From assembly GCA_902790465.1 (NCBI GenBank), contig CADASF010000006.1, positions 20,964 to 84,963 of the forward strand: a stretch of 64,000 bases of DNA, read 5' to 3'. The translations under genes were made by a program, and so were the position numbers. Numbering within the stretch: the stretch's first letter is position 1; each line of letters starts with the position of its first letter. Origin of the DNA: an uncultured bacterium. GTDB taxonomy: Bacteria > Vulcanimicrobiota > CADAWZ01. The notes beneath the pieces are model-generated. The model did not search any database and was not told the origin of the DNA. It worked only from the letters and a program-made list of their open reading frames with translations. Of the stretch, positions 58,040 through 64,000 are shown one piece after another.

Positions 58040-59793
58040 TGAATGAACAATTAAAAGAAAAAGTAAATGAAGTTTTACAAGCCGTAAAAATTGAAGAAGT
58101 TATTTCTGATTACATACAACTAAAAAGAGTCGGAAAAAGGTATGCTGGAGTTTGTCCATTTCATAATGATAGAGACCCTTCTCTCTCTGTAAATACGGAA
58201 AAAGGTTTTTTTCACTGTTTTGGTTGTGGAGTTGGCGGAAATGCAATCAATTTTGTAATGAAAGCAGAAAATATTTCCTTCAAAGAGGCACTTGCAAAAG
58301 TTGCTTCAAAGGCTGGAATAAAAATAGATATTTCTGTTGAAAAATCTGCAGAACAGATAAAAACTGAAAATATAGAGAAAATAATAAGAGAATCTGCACT
58401 ATTTTATTTCAATAATTTACAATCAGGTAATTATCCAAATAATTTTGAATATCTTGAGAAAAGAGGTATATCTAAAGAAACAATTAGGCGTTTTGGAATT
58501 GGTTGTTCGCCAATAGGAAGAGCAAATTTAGTCTATTATCTGCAACAAAAAGGTTATGCTATTGACGATATAATTGATTCTGGAATGGCTACAAAATATG
58601 ATGATGGAAATGTTTCAGATTGTTTTAGAGGAAGAATTACAATTCCCATTGTAAACTATTTGGGCAAATTTGTAGCAATGGGCGGACGAACTCTTGACAG
58701 TGCCTATTCAAAATATATAAATTCTCAAGAAACAGTTATTTTTTCTAAAGGGAAAAATTTTTTTGGCTTGAATTTGTCAAAGTCATATATTCAGAGAAAA
58801 AATTGTGCCATTGTTGTTGAAGGATATTTTGATATGATTTCACTTTGGCAACATGGAATAAATAATGCCTGTGCTTCCATGGGTACATCTTTGACATCAA
58901 TGCAGGCTTCTCTTTTGAGGAAATTTACATCAAATGCTATCTTGATGTATGATTCTGATTCAGCAGGAAAATCGGCTTCAGATAGGAATCTTGAGATTTT
59001 TTACAATGTTGGAATAACTCCTAAAGTGGCTATCTTGCCAGAAGGATATGATCCTGACCTCTATGTAAGAGAATTTGGGGCTGAAGGAATAGAAAAAATT
59101 GTTGAAAATTCGCTAGATATAATGGATTTTTATATAAGCGAATTGAAGGTAAAATGTGATCTGTCAACACCTACTGGCAAATCTGAATTTGCAAATAAGA
59201 CATTGACACATTTAATAAAATTGAATGATCCTGTTATCGTTTCAGAATATTTAAAGAAAATTGCTGAAGAATCTCAGACTTCTGAAGAAGTTTTGAGGAA
59301 AATGATAACAGGAAAATCTGATATAACTCCTAAAAATTTTTTTAAAAATAATAATATCTCATCTATAGAAGAAGAAATTTTATCAGTGTTATTCCGTTAT
59401 CCAAAATTTCTTCCTGATGTTGTAGATATAATGAATTCTGTAGATTTTAAAGATAAAAATCTCAAAAAAATATATGATATATTGATTTTAATAGAACCAA
59501 ATTCTCCACTAACAATGGAAGATTTTTCTGCTTATGTAGAAGAAGAAGGATTAATAAATAAAATAATTGAATTGTTAATTTCTGAAAATAGTGGAGTAGA
59601 TAATGAAGATTCAGCGAAAATACTTATAGATGAATTAAAAAATAAATTATCTGAAAAAATTTTGAAAGAAAAATTCGCTGTATTAAAAAAAGAAGTTGAG
59701 GAAGCTTTGATCAATAATACAATAGATCGTAATGATGAACGATTTATAGAATATCAACGGCTTTATCGTCATTTTAAAGGGAGAAGAACATGA
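58039..59793 (+). CDS. dnaG: DNA primase
   Basis: CPFH...CFGC zinc finger, KYINS, EGYFD, YDSDSAG TOPRIM, DPD. Confidence 0.95.
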   Translation: MNEQLKEKVNEVLQAVKIEEVISDYIQLKRVGKRYAGVCPFHNDRDPSLSVNTEKGFFHCFGCGVGGNAINFVMKAENISFKEALAKVASKAGIKIDISVEKSAEQIKTENIEKIIRESALFYFNNLQSGNYPNNFEYLEKRGISKETIRRFGIGCSPIGRANLVYYLQQKGYAIDDIIDSGMATKYDDGNVSDCFRGRITIPIVNYLGKFVAMGGRTLDSAYSKYINSQETVIFSKGKNFFGLNLSKSYIQRKNCAIVVEGYFDMISLWQHGINNACASMGTSLTSMQASLLRKFTSNAILMYDSDSAGKSASDRNLEIFYNVGITPKVAILPEGYDPDLYVREFGAEGIEKIVENSLDIMDFYISELKVKCDLSTPTGKSEFANKTLTHLIKLNDPVIVSEYLKKIAEESQTSEEVLRKMITGKSDITPKNFFKNNNISSIEEEILSVLFRYPKFLPDVVDIMNSVDFKDKNLKKIYDILILIEPNSPLTMEDFSAYVEEEGLINKIIELLISENSGVDNEDSAKILIDELKNKLSEKILKEKFAVLKKEVEEALINNTIDRNDERFIEYQRLYRHFKGRRT

Positions 59794-61376
59794 GGAAAGA
59801 TAAACCACCAGTAGAATTGCCACCGCCACCACTTACTGAACCGTCTCCCGAGGTTAAAAAAATCCTTGAGGAAGGACGCAAAAAGGGTGTTTTAACTTAT
59901 GAAGAAATAATAGATATTCTTTCCGTAAAAGCAGACATCAGCCCAGAACAACTTGAAGATATTTTAGAGCGTCTTGTTCACGAAGGTATAGAAGTCGTTG
60001 AATCAAAAGTACCTGAAGTACCAGATTCTGATTTAACAGACGATGATGCTTGGACAGGTGGAATAGCCATTGACGATCCTGTGAGAATGTATTTAAAAGA
60101 GATCGGTAGAGTTCCATTGCTTTCACAGGAAGAAGAAACAGAAAAAGCTAAAAAAATCGAAGAAGGAGAAAATGCAAGCAAAAATCTCGTTATGATTAAT
60201 GATGTTTGGGATTTAGTTTGTGATGAATTTTCTTCTAAATTTGGAGTTGATTTTTCTAGTATAAAAGAAACACACAGAGAAATAAATCTTGATGATGAAG
60301 AACAGGATTCTTATTCTGTTCCTTCAGAAGAAAATCAGCTACTTGAAAAAGTAAAACATGCAAGATTTTCTTCCCATTTCCCAGAAGAAAGGCTTGATAT
60401 TCTTGAGGGAAATAAACCTATTGCCGATGCTTGGAATTCTGCTTTTGAAAAGTATGTAAAACATTTGAAAGATACAGGAGATCTTGAAAATTATACACAT
60501 ATACAAGCCCTTGAAAGAATAAAAAATTTGGGTAAGAAAGCAAAGAGAGCTCTTATTGAAGCAAATTTGCGTTTAGTTGTAAGTATTGCAAAAAAATATG
60601 TCAGTAGAGGAATGTTATTTCTCGACTTGATTCAAGAGGGAAATTTAGGTCTTATAAGAGCAGTTGAAAAATTCAATCACCGTAAAGGATATAAATTCAG
60701 CACTTATGCAACTTGGTGGATAAGGCAGGCGATTACAAGAGCATTGGCTGATCAAGCTCGTACAATCAGGATTCCTGTTCACATGGTTGAGACAATGAAT
60801 CGTCTTGTAAAAGTCTCAAGACATCTTCTCCAAGAAAATGGTAGAGATCCTTCTGTTGAAGAGATTACAAGAGAGATGTTCCCTGTTGACAAGGAAGAAA
60901 TCAGAGTTCAGGTCTCAAAGATTGAAAATGCTCGTGGCGACTTACTTCCATTGGATCATCCTAAAGTTATTGAAGAAATTCAAAAAAGAGAAAAATATTC
61001 GCAAGAGAGAGTTAGAGATATTATGAAGGTTCTTCAAGAACCAATTTCACTTGAAACTCCTATTGGTGAAGAAGAAGATTCTCATTTGGGAGATTTTATA
61101 GAGGATTCAGATGCTATTGCTCCTGCAGAAGCAGCTTCATCTCTCCTTTTGCGTGAAAAAATGGAAGATGTTTTGCAATATTTGACTTCAAGAGAAAAGA
61201 AAGTTCTTCAGTTGAGATTTGGACTTGAAGATGGAAGACCAAGAACACTTGAAGAGGTTGGACAGGAATTTGGAGTTACAAGAGAGCGGATAAGACAAAT
61301 TGAAGCAAAGGCACTTCGTAAACTTCGTCATCCAACGAGAAGTCATTGGTTAAAAGATTATTGGATGGGACAGTAA
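59790..61376 (+). CDS. rpoD: Primary RNA polymerase sigma factor
   Basis: [57 protein letters not shown]. Confidence 0.96.
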   Translation: MRKDKPPVELPPPPLTEPSPEVKKILEEGRKKGVLTYEEIIDILSVKADISPEQLEDILERLVHEGIEVVESKVPEVPDSDLTDDDAWTGGIAIDDPVRMYLKEIGRVPLLSQEEETEKAKKIEEGENASKNLVMINDVWDLVCDEFSSKFGVDFSSIKETHREINLDDEEQDSYSVPSEENQLLEKVKHARFSSHFPEERLDILEGNKPIADAWNSAFEKYVKHLKDTGDLENYTHIQALERIKNLGKKAKRALIEANLRLVVSIAKKYVSRGMLFLDLIQEGNLGLIRAVEKFNHRKGYKFSTYATWWIRQAITRALADQARTIRIPVHMVETMNRLVKVSRHLLQENGRDPSVEEITREMFPVDKEEIRVQVSKIENARGDLLPLDHPKVIEEIQKREKYSQERVRDIMKVLQEPISLETPIGEEEDSHLGDFIEDSDAIAPAEAASSLLLREKMEDVLQYLTSREKKVLQLRFGLEDGRPRTLEEVGQEFGVTRERIRQIEAKALRKLRHPTRSHWLKDYWMGQ

Positions 61377-61424
61377 AATCAATGAGGGAACTTAAAATAG
61401 GTTCCCTTTTTTTTTAAGGAGATA

Positions 61425-62108
61425 ATGGTGAAAAAAATAAAAATTTTATTTGTTACTTTGTTGTTTTTGTTAATTCCTGTTTGTGCATGTGCAAATGAAG
61501 TTAATGAAAAAATTGTTGACTGCATGAAAAAAATGAGTGCAGTTCAAAGTTATGTCGAATTTTATTATATGAGTACAGGAAATTATCCACAAAGTCTTAA
61601 AGACTTGAATTACATATTTAACAGTGATGTAAAAAAAGATAGTGAAAGAATAGTTTTTCCAAATGATCCTGCAACAGGAAAGCCATTTGTGTATAAAGTT
61701 TCAACAGATTTAAAATCTTATGTTTTATCAGTTCCAGACCCTTCACTCTATAAAGTAAATAAAATAGAGATGAAAAATGTAGAATGGGCATGGATGAATA
61801 GTGTTGCAACTCAAATTAATGTAGAAACTAAAAGTGAGTTATGTGGTAAATATATGACTGGAATTGTTCAAGTCGCAAAGAAATATCAAGAAGATAAGAA
61901 TAAACTTCCTTCAAAAATTGAAGATTTAGTTCCAAATTATATTAAGGCTATTCCAAAGTGCCCTCTTTGTGGCAAAGATTATTCATTGAAATTGACTTCA
62001 TCAGACTTGATTATATATTGTCCTTCTCCTAAATCACATAGTTGTGAATCATTTCACTATTCATTGAAAAAAGGAATGATAGTTAGACCATTGGAAAAGA
62101 AGAAATAA
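61425..62108 (+). CDS. Exported hypothetical protein, pseudopilin/GspG-like motifs
   Basis: Signal peptide; GNYPQSLKDL..DPATGKPFVY and LPSKIEDLVPNYIKAIP. Confidence 0.6.
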   Translation: MVKKIKILFVTLLFLLIPVCACANEVNEKIVDCMKKMSAVQSYVEFYYMSTGNYPQSLKDLNYIFNSDVKKDSERIVFPNDPATGKPFVYKVSTDLKSYVLSVPDPSLYKVNKIEMKNVEWAWMNSVATQINVETKSELCGKYMTGIVQVAKKYQEDKNKLPSKIEDLVPNYIKAIPKCPLCGKDYSLKLTSSDLIIYCPSPKSHSCESFHYSLKKGMIVRPLEKKK

Positions 62109-62146
62109 AAAAAATGGGGTATTTTTTATATACCCCATTTTTTTTT
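62108..62146. terminator. Bidirectional terminator
   Basis: aaaaaaatggggtat...ataccccattttttt between convergent genes. Confidence 0.8.
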
Positions 62147-62942
62147 AGAATGTAATTAATTTTACATTTTCAATTTCTTTATTTAACAAAAGCGAAGCAG
62201 TTGATTTAAATTTTTCAGGATTAGAACTTACGCAGTAAATATCTTCTTTTTTATCTTCGCCTTTATTTTCCAAATTGTTTTCTTTTAGTATTTGAGCAAG
62301 TTCTTTTGCAGTTTCTTTTGCAGGGTTTATTATTTTTATTTTGTTTTTACAGGCTTTTTGTATTTCTTTTTCAAGAAATGGATAATGAGTACAACCCAAA
62401 ATCAATGTATCTAACTCAATATTGTCAAAAGCTGCTAAGTATTTGTTAATACATCTTTCGACTTCTGGTCCTTCTATTAAACCACTTTCTACAAGTGGAA
62501 CAAAATCGGGACATGCCTTTCCTATGATTCCATGTTTTCCATTTGACATTTCTTGCATTAGTTTGTCATGAACTCCGCTTTCAACAGTAACATTGTTAGC
62601 AAATAGTCCTGCTTTTTCTGCTTTCATTATTTTTAGTGCTTCCCTGATTCCAGGTTTTATAACACCAATTATTGGAAAATCAAAGCATGGTTTTGCTTTG
62701 TCTAAAACTATTGCAGAAGATGTGTTACATGCAAAAACTACAGCTTTTACTTTTTGAGTTTTTAGATATTTTAGAATTTCAAAAACAAAAAGTCTTATTT
62801 GAGAAGGTGATTTACTTCCATAAGGGACATTTGCTGTATCTCCAAAATAAATTAATTGTTCATTAGGGAGAATTTTTTTTATTTCTTTTAAAACTGAAAG
62901 ACCTCCTACACCTGAATCAAGAACTCCTATAGGTGCATTCAT
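62145..62942 (-). CDS. murI: Glutamate racemase
   Basis: DSGVGGLSV, PYGSKS, ACNTSS, LGCTHYP. Confidence 0.95.
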   Translation of the reverse strand: MNAPIGVLDSGVGGLSVLKEIKKILPNEQLIYFGDTANVPYGSKSPSQIRLFVFEILKYLKTQKVKAVVFACNTSSAIVLDKAKPCFDFPIIGVIKPGIREALKIMKAEKAGLFANNVTVESGVHDKLMQEMSNGKHGIIGKACPDFVPLVESGLIEGPEVERCINKYLAAFDNIELDTLILGCTHYPFLEKEIQKACKNKIKIINPAKETAKELAQILKENNLENKGEDKKEDIYCVSSNPEKFKSTASLLLNKEIENVKLITF

Positions 62943-63139
62943 AATATTAATTCACTTTCTAATTAAAAATTCTTATTATTATAATCTAAATTGTGAAATT
63001 TGACAATAGATTTTCAAGGGAAATAATAAAATAAAATAGAAATTTTTTTTTGAAGTTTGTAAATTAATTTTTAACCCCCCAAACTTAAATTTAGTAGCTA
63101 ATTTTCTGAATGGCAGAAAATTTTATTTTTAGAGGTTTT

Positions 63140-63706
63140 ATGAAATTTAAACTTAGTAGGTATATGACTTTAATTATAATTGCATTTAAAATAGGTATGT
63201 ATATTATTTTGTTATCTATTCCTTTTATTATATTTTGTTTTAACACTTTATCAAAAGGTCTTGTTTATCTAAATGAAATTGCTTTACTTATTCCAGTTGT
63301 TTTATTTTTTGTATTTGTAATGATTCTCTATATTCTATTTCCAGTAAGTATTATAAGATTATTTACAGCTTTACAAAAAAATGGATTTATTTCTTGTGAT
63401 GAAAAAAATATAAAATTATTTGCAATAACAAGAATGATAGATGTAGAATGGAAAGATATTGAAAAAATTCAATTAGTAACTGCAAAAAATGGGAAAAAAT
63501 GTATTGGAATTATTTTTTCTACATTAGAAAATTTGCCAAAATCAACAGCTAATTTTTTAGATGTTATGAAAAGTCATTCAGGTTATCATTTAAGTTATTC
63601 TCAAGCCAATTTTGCAGAAGACTTAGAAGATATTTATATAAAAATCAACCAAATTTGTAAAAGTTCTATCTCTTTAAAAAAAGAAGATAGCATATCTCAA
63701 ACATAA
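63140..63706 (+). CDS. Membrane hypothetical protein
   Basis: Two TM helices then a VEWKDI PH-like motif; ATG 63140 after GAGGT. Confidence 0.65.
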   Translation: MKFKLSRYMTLIIIAFKIGMYIILLSIPFIIFCFNTLSKGLVYLNEIALLIPVVLFFVFVMILYILFPVSIIRLFTALQKNGFISCDEKNIKLFAITRMIDVEWKDIEKIQLVTAKNGKKCIGIIFSTLENLPKSTANFLDVMKSHSGYHLSYSQANFAEDLEDIYIKINQICKSSISLKKEDSISQT

Positions 63707-63711
63707 TATTT

Positions 63712-63907
63712 TTATTAACTCGGAAATTAAATAATTGGTTTATTTTTTATTATGCAACTTTTTGGGTATAAGTCACTCACTAGTCCTTTTTTTTCCGCAA
63801 ATATAGTTCTAATTTTAAGAAACTACTATGGAAAAAAAACATATCGTTCGCTGACTTATACCGCACAAAAGTTGCTAATTCAAATTATTTAAAAGCCGAA
63901 TTAATAA
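63712..63907. mobile_element. Palindromic MITE-like element
   Basis: Imperfect arms ttattaactcgg..ttaaataatt..gcaactttt..ggtataagtca / tgacttatacc..aaaagttgc..aattatttaa..ccgaattaataa. Confidence 0.6.
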
Positions 63908-64000
63908 GAATTTTCCCTTAAAAGGGAAAAATATATTTAAATAGAAAAATAATTGTTAGTTTTTTATGATATTGTTTTATTTTTTAGATAAATGATTGTT

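Overview
Low-GC bacterial chromosome segment, mostly housekeeping genes: hslU (partial), miaB, two S41 proteases, ansA, rluD, selB, prs, rplY, mfd, hflX, rqcH, dgt-dnaG-rpoD and murI. No rRNA, tRNA or cas genes were recognised, and the taxon could not be assigned. Notable content: (1) an orphan CRISPR array (16792-18337; 24 full repeats plus 1 truncated, 23 spacers) with a Cas12a-type repeat carrying a co-varied stem, a perfect 16-nt anti-repeat in its leader, a hairpin-invaded trailer and long inverted REP-bearing flanks; (2) a 1.1-kb probable oriC (8 perfect DnaA boxes, DnaA-trio module, a second TAAGTCATG motif) with no dnaA/dnaN nearby; (3) a 647-aa protein of 12 desulforedoxin-like modules next to a shortened SelB, in an operon led by an RRE-radical SAM/SPASM enzyme and containing a translin; (4) a degenerate FGGY kinase with a formin-like polyproline tail beside a degenerate ATLF/Pro-Pro-peptidase-like protein; (5) a GlyA-GcvT fusion, four exported thioredoxins, an Rpn gene with an internal start, and a candidate sRNA with an anti-Shine-Dalgarno loop. 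All calls come from reading motifs by eye; no database searches were run.
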